A stretch of 64,000 nucleotides of DNA from an uncultured Clostridia bacterium (GTDB taxonomy: Bacteria; Bacillota; Clostridia; Christensenellales; UBA1242), in assembly GCA_944348085.1 (NCBI GenBank), contig CALVMU010000003.1, positions 1,372 to 65,371 of the forward strand, given 5' to 3'. Position 1 is the first letter of the stretch; each line of letters begins with the position of its first letter. The notes below the pieces were generated by a model. It searched no databases and had not been told where the DNA came from. It saw only the letters and a program-made list of their open reading frames with translations. This document shows positions 26,122 through 35,196 of this stretch, in pieces. The position numbers and the translations under genes were made by a program.

Positions 26122-26877
26122 TTATTTATCTTGCATATCAGTCAAATTTTCAGTTTGCGACTCTTGCTCTTTTTGCTTTTTTGAAGCATCTTTAAACCAA
26201 TTGATTGCGCCAAAAATGTTTGAAATCAAATAGACCACAATCGTTGCAAGCATTGGCACGGTTTCAAAATTGAGTGCTTGCACTTCAATGATAGGCAACA
26301 GCCAAATGAGAAATGTGGTTATATTGACACCAATAAATCCAACAAACATAAACGGACTTTTTCTGACCATCAAATAATGCGCCAAAATCGTGAAGAAGGC
26401 GCTTATGCTTGCCAGCAACAAATTTGGCGTGTCGAAAAGAGCCAAAACAAAATAGAAGGCGATTGAAACGGCAAGATTGATTATTGTAAAGATTATCCAT
26501 TCATTTCTGCTCAACTTTTTGCTCGTAACGGTGACTCCTGAGCTTTTTCTAAACCAGCCCACAATGCTCAGCACAATAAGAGGAAGAACAATTACAATGT
26601 TTAAAATAAACTCACCCCAATTGTTGTATAAAGCCGACTGAACAATATAAAGCGTGGCCTGCAACAAACCAAAAATCAAACCAATTTTAAGCTGTTTGGC
26701 AATCGCTCCAACATAAAGCACTCCAAAAATTGAATACGAAATTGTTATAGCTGAGCTTTTTGCGATAATTGAAAGTGCCACAACGGCAATAAGGCCAAGA
26801 GTTAAATATAAAACCTCATACCATTTAAACTTTTTTGCAATGTCAATCATCTGTTGTTTGAAATTTGCTTTTTCCAT
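26122..26877 (-). CDS. polytopic membrane protein, PnuC-like (nicotinamide riboside transporter family) guess
   Basis: Seven or eight hydrophobic segments and a YNNWGE-type motif. The family call is from memory only. Confidence 0.4.
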   Translation of the reverse strand: MEKANFKQQMIDIAKKFKWYEVLYLTLGLIAVVALSIIAKSSAITISYSIFGVLYVGAIAKQLKIGLIFGLLQATLYIVQSALYNNWGEFILNIVIVLPLIVLSIVGWFRKSSGVTVTSKKLSRNEWIIFTIINLAVSIAFYFVLALFDTPNLLLASISAFFTILAHYLMVRKSPFMFVGFIGVNITTFLIWLLPIIEVQALNFETVPMLATIVVYLISNIFGAINWFKDASKKQKEQESQTENLTDMQDK

Positions 26878-27935
26878 TATAACCCCACATTTGCCTTTGC
26901 AGTAAGGTCAAGATTTGCAAGTCCTAAGCCACTTTTAAGCATAAAGAAAGCTGCCGAGCCAATCATTGCCGCGTTGTCGGTGCAATATTTTAAAACTGGC
27001 GCATAAAAGTCAATTCTTCGCTCTAAACAAGCGTTTGACAATTTTTCTTTAAGCCTTGAATTTGCTCCTACTCCTCCTGCAACGACAAGCTTGCCCTTTC
27101 CTTCAACTTGGCAAGCTCTGACTGCCTTCTCGCAAAGCTCTTCAGTGACAGCTTCTTGAAAAGAACAAGCAATGTCGGCTTTGTTTATCTCTTCATTTTT
27201 CTGTGCTTTGTTATGAACAAAATTGACAACCGCCGTTTTTATGCCTGAAAATGAAAAATTATAGCTGTTTTTGAGAGCATTTGAAACAGAAAAGTGATAG
27301 GCGCTGTGTCCCTCTTTTGCAAGCTTGTCAATTTCTGGCCCACCAGGATAAGGAAGCTGAAGCACTCTTGCCACCTTATCAAAGCACTCACCCACTGCAT
27401 CATCCACAGTGCTTCCAATCAGCTTAAACGAGCAGTAGTCTTCAACTTTTAAAATGGCAGTATGTCCACCGCTGACCATAAGGCAGGTAAAAGGCGGTTC
27501 AAGCGTTTGATGAGAGATATAGTTTGCTGCAATATGCCCAAACACATGGCTGACGGCGATAAGCGGAATATCAAGGCTGTAGGCCAAGGCTTTGGCAAAA
27601 TTGACGCCGACAAGAAGGGCTCCAATCAGCCCTGCACCATAAGTGACGGCGACAGCATCCAAGTCAAATTTGCTAAGACCAGCCTCTTTCAAAGCCTCTT
27701 CAAAAATGTTTGAAATGGCAGTGATATGATTTCGCGAAGCAACCTCTGGCACAACGCCACCAAAGCGTCTGTGAATGTCAATCTGCGAGGCAACAATGTT
27801 TGACAAAACCTCCCTTCCATTTTTGACCACAGCCACGCTTGTTTCGTCACAAGATGACTCGACGGAAAGGATGATAACATCTTTTTTCTTTTGCAGAGCT
27901 TGAAATTTCTGCTCCATTCTTTGATAGTAGTTCAT
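26877..27935 (-). CDS. tsaD: tRNA N6-adenosine threonylcarbamoyltransferase TsaD
   Basis: VESSCDETSVAVV, GGVVPEVASRNH and MVSGGHT motifs. Confidence 0.95.
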   Translation of the reverse strand: MNYYQRMEQKFQALQKKKDVIILSVESSCDETSVAVVKNGREVLSNIVASQIDIHRRFGGVVPEVASRNHITAISNIFEEALKEAGLSKFDLDAVAVTYGAGLIGALLVGVNFAKALAYSLDIPLIAVSHVFGHIAANYISHQTLEPPFTCLMVSGGHTAILKVEDYCSFKLIGSTVDDAVGECFDKVARVLQLPYPGGPEIDKLAKEGHSAYHFSVSNALKNSYNFSFSGIKTAVVNFVHNKAQKNEEINKADIACSFQEAVTEELCEKAVRACQVEGKGKLVVAGGVGANSRLKEKLSNACLERRIDFYAPVLKYCTDNAAMIGSAAFFMLKSGLGLANLDLTAKANVGL

Positions 27936-28002
27936 TGTAAGGCAATTATATCAAACAAAAACAAGAAAATCAACTTATTTGCTTTCACCAAGCAAAATAA
28001 GA

Positions 28003-28029
28003 CAAAAAAAGGTGAGATTTCTCTCACCT
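28003..28029 (-). terminator. rho-independent terminator after prfB
   Basis: AGGTGAGA-TTTC-TCTCACCT. On the minus strand it is followed by a run of T. Confidence 0.75.
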
Positions 28030-28036
28030 AAACAAT

Positions 28037-29141
28037 TTATTTCCCGCTTGTCTTTTTCAGATATTCATTGATAAACTCTTGAATGTTTCCGTCCATAACT
28101 GACTGAATATTTGGCTCTTCATAGCCTGTTCGGTGGTCTTTGACAAGTGTGTATGGACAGAAGACATAGCTCCTTATCTGACTGCCCCACTCAATTTTTT
28201 TGATTTCGCCACGAACTGCTGCCATTTCCTCCATTTCTTTGGCCTCTTGCATTTCAACCAGCTTTGAGTAGAGCATTTGCATTGCAACTTCTCGGTTTTG
28301 CAGCTGTGAACGCTCGTTCTGACAGGCAACGACGATGCCTGTTGGAATGTGGGTTATTCTGATTGCACTTTCTGTTTTGTTGACATGCTGACCGCCAGCA
28401 CCTGACGAACGATAGGTGTCAATTTTAAGGTCTTCTGGTCTTATCTCAATGTCTGGCTTATCTTCAATCTTTGGCATAACTTCGACGCTTGCAAAAGAGG
28501 TGTGTCTTCTTGCGTTGGCATCAAAAGGCGAAATTCTGACCAAACGATGAACGCCTTTTTCGCACTTCAAAAAGCCATACGCGTTTTCGCCTGCCACCTC
28601 AAAAGTGATGGATTTTAAGCCAGCTCCGTCGCCGTCAAGGCTGTCAAGCACCTTAACAGGCCAACCATTTTTGTCGCAATACATTTTATACATGCGCCAA
28701 AGCATGTCTGTCCAGTCGCAAGCCTCAGTTCCGCCTGCCCCAGAGTGCAAGGTCACAATTGCATCGAAGCTGTCATATTTTCCAGACAAAAGCGTTTCAA
28801 TCCTTGCTTTTTCCACCTTTTCTTCGCAATCATGCAAACTCTCTTCAATTTCTTTTTCTAAAGAGCTGTCTCCAAGCTCTTGAAAAAGCTCAATAAGCGC
28901 CTGCGTGTCATCAAAAGAGGATTGAAGATTTTTGATAAGGGCGATTTTGTGTTCTGCCTCTTTGATTTTTCTGCCAACAGACAGAACTCTCTTTTGGTCG
29001 AGATAGAAATTTTCACTCATCTGCTCTTTTTCAAGCTCTTTTATCTTACCTTCTGCTCCAGCGTAGTCAAAGACACTCCTTTATAAAGTCAATTTCTTTT
29101 TTCAGCTCTTCCATGCGTGATAACGCGTTTTCAATAATCAT
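28037..29141 (-). CDS. prfB: peptide chain release factor 2, requiring a programmed +1 frameshift
   Basis: The track ORF 28037-29020 carries GGQHVNKTESAIRITH (GGQ) and SPF (RISPFD). Frame 0 starts at ATG 29141 and reads MIIENALSRMEELKKEIDFIKECL-TGA. After the +1 shift it continues DYAGAEGKIKELEKEQMSENF. Confidence 0.95.
29066..29080 (-). promoter_or_regulatory. prfB +1 frameshift site (SD-like AAGGAG, then CTT TGA C)
   Basis: The reverse strand reads AAGGAGTGTCTTTGAC. The classic E. coli site is AGGGGGTATCTTTGAC. CTT is codon 24, in frame with ATG 29141. Confidence 0.9.
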
Positions 29142-29362
29142 AATATTCTCCTTTTATGCTAATTCCTTTACAATATATCACAAAGCCCAAAAAAAATCAA
29201 CTAAAAATCTTTTGCCAGGTCTTTAACACAAAACAAGACTCGGGCATATATTAAAATAGTTGATTTTTCTTAATGCGTGCATTTTTGCTTTTGCCCCTCG
29301 CATTAAAAATCACAAGAGATTTTTCTCGATTTAGTGCAAAAAGAAAGATAGGGAGGTTAAAA

Positions 29363-30025
29363 ATGTCTTTTTACATTAACAATACAAATCCAAACAGACC
29401 TGGCCCAATCGGCGGAAATGGCCTAAACGGAATTTGTGAAAAAGTACTTATCGAAACCACAAAAGTTTTTGACGCTTGTGTAAGCCAAACAACAGAAAGC
29501 GGAATAATCTTGCCAGTGACAAACTTTAATCCGCCATCTCCTGCATTGCCACTGACCTACATTTCAGCTCAAAACACATCTCTCTCGACAGTCACAGTGT
29601 CAGACATCACAATTGACAGAATAGAGCAAACGCCAAACTATGCAAATGTAAGCCTGACGCTCACAATTCCTGTAACTGTCACCTACAGAGATGCAAACGG
29701 TGTGATCGGAACGGCAACCTCAACCTTAACGGTTGTAAAGAGCGTGGTTCTCTTTGTGCCACAGCCATCACTCTCACCTGTTAACATCACAGCAAACGCA
29801 CTGTTTACAAGCTCAATTGGCGCTTACACCGCTGACAACACCTTCACAGTGACTGGATGCATTCAAGTGATTGTAAAAGTTGTTTCTGTTGTTGACCTGC
29901 TCATTCCAAGCTATGGCTATCCTGTAATACCACCTTGCCAAGCACCAGAACCTGCATCATCTTGCCCAGGCTTCCAGAATGTGCCACTGTATCCAACGGC
30001 AACAATTTCAAGAACAATAAACTAA
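29363..30025 (+). CDS. hypothetical 220-aa T/V/P-rich protein (possible spore-surface beta-sandwich protein)
   Basis: GGGAGG RBS before ATG 29363. N/P/G-rich N-terminus, beta-strand-like T/V repeats and a Cys/Pro-rich C-terminus. No signal peptide. Confidence 0.55.
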   Translation: MSFYINNTNPNRPGPIGGNGLNGICEKVLIETTKVFDACVSQTTESGIILPVTNFNPPSPALPLTYISAQNTSLSTVTVSDITIDRIEQTPNYANVSLTLTIPVTVTYRDANGVIGTATSTLTVVKSVVLFVPQPSLSPVNITANALFTSSIGAYTADNTFTVTGCIQVIVKVVSVVDLLIPSYGYPVIPPCQAPEPASSCPGFQNVPLYPTATISRTIN

Positions 30026-30070
30026 AAAATTTAAACATTTATCTTTGATGATTTTCTCTTAAAACCAAAA

Positions 30071-30097
30071 AACACGCAATAAAAAAGCGTGTTTTTT
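30071..30097. terminator. bidirectional terminator
   Basis: AACACGC-loop-GCGTGTT followed by TTTT. Confidence 0.7.
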
Positions 30098-30144
30098 CAT
30101 TTTTTAAGGTTTTTTGCCCATTTTGCATCAAAAAAATGTCGATT

Positions 30145-30927
30145 TTATTTAATTTTCTTTAAAATTTCAAACGCCTCATCAACCACTTTCGAAACATTGC
30201 CATCAAAATTTTGCTCGCCGTTTAAATAGAAAAGATATTCAATGTTGCCCTCTTTGCCTTGAATGGAAGAATAACAAAGTCCGCTGATTTTAAAGCCCAG
30301 TCCTTTAAGATAGAGGCAAAATTCTTCCAACAAATTTTTATGAAGCTTTTTGTCAAGCACCACACCTTTAAATTTTTTAGCAAACTCTTTTCCACATTCA
30401 AATTGAGGTTTAAAAAGCATGCAAATCTCTTTTGAAGCGCCAAAAATTTCAACAATCTTTGGAAAAATATGCCGAAGTGAAATAAACGACAGGTCGCCAG
30501 TGATAAAGTCAACATCTTGAAAAACCTCTTTTGAAACCTCGCGAAAATCGGTGTTTTCAATGTCTACCACGCGCTTGTCAAGTTTTAACTTTTTGTCAAG
30601 CTGACTTTTGCCAACATCGAGAGCGTAAACTTTTTTTGCGCCATTTTCAAGACAAACTTCACTAAACCCTCCTGTTGACGCGCCAATGTCAAGCACAACC
30701 TTTCCATTGAGGTCAAAGCCAAATTTTTCAATTGCGCCAGCAAGCTTGAATGCTCCGCGCGAGACATACATTTTGCCTTCTTTTATCTCCACCTTTTGCC
30801 CTTCCACCTCAAACGCTGGCTTGGTTTGCACTTTGCCGTCAACAAAAACTGCGCCAGATTTTATAACCTCTTGCGCTCTAACCCTCGAACAGTCCAATTT
30901 TTCACAAACAACTCTGTCAAGCCTCAT
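30145..30927 (-). CDS. tlyA: TlyA family rRNA 2'-O-methyltransferase
   Basis: N-terminal S4 domain (MRLDRVV...), YVSRGAFKL, and the FtsJ-type SAM motif LDIGASTGGF. Confidence 0.85.
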   Translation of the reverse strand: MRLDRVVCEKLDCSRVRAQEVIKSGAVFVDGKVQTKPAFEVEGQKVEIKEGKMYVSRGAFKLAGAIEKFGFDLNGKVVLDIGASTGGFSEVCLENGAKKVYALDVGKSQLDKKLKLDKRVVDIENTDFREVSKEVFQDVDFITGDLSFISLRHIFPKIVEIFGASKEICMLFKPQFECGKEFAKKFKGVVLDKKLHKNLLEEFCLYLKGLGFKISGLCYSSIQGKEGNIEYLFYLNGEQNFDGNVSKVVDEAFEILKKIK

Positions 30928-30998
30928 ATTTATATTTTACCAGCCTCTCACCCAAAAAGCAAAGAAAAAATAGGACAAAGCCCTACTTTTTCAAAAAT

Positions 30999-31238
30999 TC
31001 AATCATCTAAATTTTCTCTTTTGAAAACATCGTCATTCAAAAACTCTTGCACTGTCATCCCAAAAGCATCAGAGATTTTTATAAGCGTGTCAAATTTTAT
31101 GCTTTTGTATTCCTCGTGAATTATATGTTTTATAGTTGATTGGTCTGTTAACATTCGTTTTGCCAGTTCATATTGTGACATATTGTTTTTGATTAACAAA
31201 TTGCTCACTCTCAGCGCAACTGCCTTTTGTATTTTCAT
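30999..31238 (-). CDS. XRE-family HTH transcriptional regulator (79 aa)
   Basis: NMSQYELAKRMLTDQSTIKHI is a helix-turn-helix segment. Confidence 0.7.
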   Translation of the reverse strand: MKIQKAVALRVSNLLIKNNMSQYELAKRMLTDQSTIKHIIHEEYKSIKFDTLIKISDAFGMTVQEFLNDDVFKRENLDD

Positions 31239-31243
31239 ATTTC

Positions 31244-31543
31244 CTACTTTTTCAAAAATTCAATCATGTTTTTCTTTTTATCAATAGAAAGTCCTTCAAT
31301 CAAAGATTGAAGCTCATTGTCAACATCATAGCTATAAATATTTTTGCTGAAGAAACGCTCAATTGGAAAATTGCAAACTTCCAAAACCGCAAGAAGCTTT
31401 TCCATAGTCAAAACAATCTTGCCGCTTTCAACTTTAGCAATATATTGCGGACTCATTCCAATCCTTTGACTAAGCTCTCTGGCTGACAAATTAGCCTGAT
31501 TCCTCACATATCCCAACCTTGTTAAAATTTCTTTTATATCCAT
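31244..31543 (-). CDS. XRE-family HTH transcriptional regulator (99 aa)
   Basis: NLSARELSQRIGMSPQYIAKVESGK. Paralogous to the upstream gene. Confidence 0.75.
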   Translation of the reverse strand: MDIKEILTRLGYVRNQANLSARELSQRIGMSPQYIAKVESGKIVLTMEKLLAVLEVCNFPIERFFSKNIYSYDVDNELQSLIEGLSIDKKKNMIEFLKK

Positions 31544-31552
31544 TGATGCCTC

Positions 31553-31867
31553 TTATTTCAACTTTTTCATTAAATCTAAAATTGTTGCTTTGCTATCTGC
31601 TGAAAGATTGTTATAAAGTTCCAGCACATTTTTGTCTTCTTTATTGTAATTTTCTCCAAGATAGAAAAAGTCTTGAATAGAAATGTCAACAACATCGCAA
31701 AAATCTAAAAGCGTTTTCACCTTTAGCTCGATGCTTTTGTTTTCTATTGTTTTCATAAATTGAGGATTATAGCCCAATCTTCCGCTCAATTCCCTTAAAG
31801 ATAAATTTGCCTTTGTTCTAAAAAAGCCAATCCTTTTAATAACATCATCATAAGTCACTTTTTTCAT
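31553..31867 (-). CDS. XRE-family HTH transcriptional regulator (104 aa)
   Basis: NLSLRELSGRLGYNPQFMKTIENKS. Confidence 0.75.
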   Translation of the reverse strand: MKKVTYDDVIKRIGFFRTKANLSLRELSGRLGYNPQFMKTIENKSIELKVKTLLDFCDVVDISIQDFFYLGENYNKEDKNVLELYNNLSADSKATILDLMKKLK

Positions 31868-32013
31868 AAGCCTTCTCCAATAATATTTTAATTTAAAAGT
31901 TATTTATTACTGGTTTAATGATTACACTAATTATCGAAAATATACTTATTAATGAGTTGACTATTATCTCAATTTGATTATAATTAATTAATAGTTGCAC
32001 CTAGGAGGTGAAT

Positions 32014-32451
32014 ATGAAAACATGTTGTTTTATTGGAGATGTTCTGATAAAGAAGATCAGTCATTGCTATGAATTATTGCTCGCTTTGATTGACGAAATG
32101 ATTGCGAAAAAATATAGGCGCTTTCTGCTTGCAAATGACAGCGAATTTGGCGCAATGGCGATTGAAGTTTTTGAAATTTTTAAAGATAAATACAACCAAA
32201 TTGAAAGAGTGCTTGTGCAATCTGAAAAGTTTTACGACCTCTATTATGTCAAATATTTTGAGCGCTATTTTGACAGTTTGCTTTTTAAAAAACGCAAACT
32301 GACCACTTTTGAGCAATACAAAAAAATGATTGACAAAAGCTCAATCTGTGTGGTTTATTTTGATGAAAATGTGCCATCTATTGACATCAAAAAAGCTGTT
32401 CAATATGCAAAAGAACATGGCAAAAAAGTTTTAAATTTGCACTTTAAATAG
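32014..32451 (+). CDS. DUF1273/SLOG-like (YpsA-family-like) protein with a degenerate Gly motif
   Basis: AGGAGG RBS before ATG 32014. The MKTCCFIG start, RRFLLANDSEFGAMAIEV...YNQIERVLV and SSICVVYFDE...AVQYAKEHGKKVLNL follow the DUF1273 pattern as I remember it. Confidence 0.45.
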   Translation: MKTCCFIGDVLIKKISHCYELLLALIDEMIAKKYRRFLLANDSEFGAMAIEVFEIFKDKYNQIERVLVQSEKFYDLYYVKYFERYFDSLLFKKRKLTTFEQYKKMIDKSSICVVYFDENVPSIDIKKAVQYAKEHGKKVLNLHFK

Positions 32452-32461
32452 TTATAAAAAA

Positions 32462-32492
32462 AGACCTAAAGTGTTTAGCTTTGGGTCTTTTT
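32462..32492. terminator. bidirectional terminator
   Basis: AGACCTAAAG-TGTTTAG-CTTTGGGTCT followed by TTTT. Confidence 0.6.
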
Positions 32493-32505
32493 GCTTTATT
32501 CTGTT

Positions 32506-34140
32506 TTATTCAACGCTTACAAGATAATAGTAAACTGGTTGACCGCCATAGACAGCGCTTACCTCAACTTCTGGGTATTTTTTGCTGAGTGATTCAACAA
32601 GTGCGTTTGCCTCTTCTTCGCGAATATCTTCGCCATAGAAAAGGGTTATATTCATGATTGAGTCATCCATCATCTTTTCGATAAGTTTTGTGGTTGTTTC
32701 GCCCACAAGTTTGCCTTTTGCAAGGATTGCCTTATCGTCAAGACCAATGATTTCGCCAACTGCAAGGTCAAAGCCGTCAACATGAGTGTCGCGAACTGCA
32801 TAAGTCACCGAGCCAGAGCGAACATTTTTGATGGCCTCTTTCATGCCTTCAGAGTTTTCTTCAACTGAGCCGTCAGGATTGAAAGCAAGTGCTGCAGAAA
32901 TGCCTTCTGGAATTGACCTTGTAGGCACAACAATAAGGTTTTTCGATGTCAAATCATTTGCCTGTTCTGCTGCCAAAACAATGTTTTTGTTGTTTGGAAA
33001 AACGATAACATTTGTTGCTGGAACTTTGTCGCAAGCGGCTGCAATGTCTTCTGCGCTAGGGTTCATGGTCTGTCCACCCACGATGATTTCGTCAACGCCC
33101 AAATCTTTGAAAATGTTGGCAATTCCATCACCTGGAGCAACAGCCACCATGCCGATTTCCTTTGTAATCTCTTGAACAAGCGCCTTTTTCTTGAGTTCAC
33201 GGTTTTGTTCAAGCATGTTTTCAATCTTAAGGTTGTAAAGTTCTCCAAGTTCAAGTGCATATTCAAGGGCTTTGTTTGGCTCGTTTGAGTGCACATGGAC
33301 TTTTACAAGGCTGAGGTCACCAATACAGATAACAGAGTCGCCAATTGCCATAAGTTTTTCACGGAGCTTGTCAATGTCAGCCTCTGTGGTCTTTTTCTTC
33401 ATGTTGATAATCATGTATTCAGTGCAATATCCAAATTGAATATCGCCAAGATTGTTTATGTCAGCAATAACATCGTCAACAGTTTGAGGTTTCTTTTCGT
33501 CTTCAAAGCTAAGCTCAAAGTTCTCTTCGCCAATCAAAAGTTTATAGAAACCTGTGAAAATAACGATTATACCTCTTCCGCCAGCGTCAACAACGCCCGC
33601 TTTTTTGAGCACAGGAAGCATTTCAGGCGTCTGTTTTAAGATTTCTTCGCCTGTGTCAAGCACTTTTTTGAGGAAAACTTCAAAGTCGTCACATTTTTTT
33701 GCAACATTGACAGCGTTTTCAGCCATAACGCGAATAACGGTCAAGATTGTGCCTTCCTTTGGCTTTGTCACCGCTTTATAGGCAATGTTTGCCCCCTCTT
33801 GCATTGCGCGTGCAAAAATTTTGGTAGTTATTTCACTGCACTTGGCTGTTTCTGAGCAAAAGCCCTTGAAAATCTGAGAAGTGATAACACCACTGTTTCC
33901 TCTTGCACCCTTAAGCGCACCCTTAGCAAAAGCCTCGCTAAGAGAGTCCATATTGTTGTTGATGCATTTTGAAACTTCATTGACTGCCGACTTCATGGTG
34001 AGGAACATGTTTGTTCCTGTGTCTCCGTCTGGAACTGGAAAGACATTGAGCGAGTCAACATATTTTTTATTTTGCTCAAGAAGGCCTGCGCCTGCAACTA
34101 TCATTTTTCGGAAAGTGTTTCCGTTAATCGTTTTTATCAT
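32506..34140 (-). CDS. yloV: DAK2 domain fusion protein YloV
   Basis: VPDGDTGTNM Dak2 motif plus a DegV-like C-terminal half. Conserved asp23-yloV pairing. Confidence 0.9.
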   Translation of the reverse strand: MIKTINGNTFRKMIVAGAGLLEQNKKYVDSLNVFPVPDGDTGTNMFLTMKSAVNEVSKCINNNMDSLSEAFAKGALKGARGNSGVITSQIFKGFCSETAKCSEITTKIFARAMQEGANIAYKAVTKPKEGTILTVIRVMAENAVNVAKKCDDFEVFLKKVLDTGEEILKQTPEMLPVLKKAGVVDAGGRGIIVIFTGFYKLLIGEENFELSFEDEKKPQTVDDVIADINNLGDIQFGYCTEYMIINMKKKTTEADIDKLREKLMAIGDSVICIGDLSLVKVHVHSNEPNKALEYALELGELYNLKIENMLEQNRELKKKALVQEITKEIGMVAVAPGDGIANIFKDLGVDEIIVGGQTMNPSAEDIAAACDKVPATNVIVFPNNKNIVLAAEQANDLTSKNLIVVPTRSIPEGISAALAFNPDGSVEENSEGMKEAIKNVRSGSVTYAVRDTHVDGFDLAVGEIIGLDDKAILAKGKLVGETTTKLIEKMMDDSIMNITLFYGEDIREEEANALVESLSKKYPEVEVSAVYGGQPVYYYLVSVE

Positions 34141-34153
34141 AAATAATTTTCTC

Positions 34154-34504
34154 CTAAACTCTTACGCCGACAACATGAACGTTGACTGCATCAACAAGCA
34201 TTCCGGTGAAATTTTCCACCGAATATTTAACTGACTTTCTCAGCGACTCAGCAACGGCGCTGATTGAGACCCCATATTTTAAAATGCAGTAAACATCAAT
34301 ATAGATTCTGTTGTCGATATGACTTATTTTAATTCCCTTGGAATATGATTCTTTTTTCAATAGTTCTCGGGCGCTGTCAACAACGGACTTGGAAACAAGG
34401 TCGACAACACCATAGCAATCAAGCACGGCATAACCCGCAACAACCCTAATCGAGTTGTCGGAGATGGAAATGTTGCCATAGTAGTTGTTTGTATCGACTG
34501 TCAA
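34154..34504 (-). CDS. Asp23/Gls24 family alkaline shock protein
   Basis: ISDNSIRVVAGYAVLDCYGVV and NVHVVGV, typical of Asp23. Confidence 0.85.
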   Translation of the reverse strand: MTVDTNNYYGNISISDNSIRVVAGYAVLDCYGVVDLVSKSVVDSARELLKKESYSKGIKISHIDNRIYIDVYCILKYGVSISAVAESLRKSVKYSVENFTGMLVDAVNVHVVGVRV

Positions 34505-34740
34505 AGGAAAAAGCCCCCTTAAAACTAAACTTTACAAAGTGTTTGCAAAGAAAAACACCTTTCTAAGATATATTACTACACAAAAACAAAAAATACAAAT
34601 ATTTTAGAGGATTTTTTATAAAAATTTTATTAAAAAATCAAATAAAAGAAAAAATTTTGAAAAAAGAGTTGATTTTTTTGTAAATATTTGATATAGTAAA
34701 GTGCAAAGACAAATTAAAGACAAATTTAGTGGAGGAAATT

Positions 34741-34923
34741 ATGAGCAGAACATGTGACATTTGCGGAAGAGGAAAATCAACAGGAAAACAAGTTTCTTTC
34801 TCAAACAAAAAATATAACAGAACTTACGAGCTCAATCTTCAACAAACTGTTATTGAAGTTGATGGCAAGCCTGTTAAGGTTAAAGCATGCACAAAATGCA
34901 TTAAGACAGCAAAAAAAGCATAA
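34741..34923 (+). CDS. rpmB: 50S ribosomal protein L28
   Basis: MSRTCDICGRGKSTGKQVSFSNKKYNRT. GGAGG RBS. Confidence 0.9.
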   Translation: MSRTCDICGRGKSTGKQVSFSNKKYNRTYELNLQQTVIEVDGKPVKVKACTKCIKTAKKA

Positions 34924-34950
34924 CATTTTTGCAAGTGTTTTTTGATATCG

Positions 34951-34977
34951 CTTGGGTAATTTTGCCCAAGTTTTTTT
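34951..34977 (+). terminator. rho-independent terminator after rpmB
   Basis: CTTGGG-loop-CCCAAG followed by TTTTTTT. Confidence 0.75.
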
Positions 34978-34985
34978 GTTGACTG

Positions 34986-35055
34986 AGGCAAGTCTGTCAT
35001 ATTTGACAGACCTTTTTGTTTTATTTAGGCAAGGCTGTCATATAGGCAGACCTTT
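34986..35055. repeat. two tandem copies of a hairpin-containing unit of about 30 nt
   Basis: AGGCAAGTCTGTCATATTTGACAGACCTTT (34986-35015) and AGGCAAGGCTGTCATATAGGCAGACCTTT (35027-35055). The first copy contains a perfect 8-bp hairpin. Confidence 0.7.
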
Positions 35056-35196
35056 GGCAAGTTATGTAAAAAGGCTAGAGGCTTTACTCTTCCTCTTTCT
35101 TTTGAAATCTCTTAAGAAAACCCGACATCCATTTTGGCGCTTTTATGCAAATGATTCGGAAATTCTTTTCTTCTTTTTGTTTTTTCATAATATTTT

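Noticed and set aside
29269-29312. Hairpin TTAATGCG...CGCATTAA upstream of the 220-aa orphan gene, considered as a riboswitch or attenuator.
   Set aside because: It is a single 8-bp stem with a 22-nt loop. I recognise no conserved riboswitch core and it has no terminator partner.
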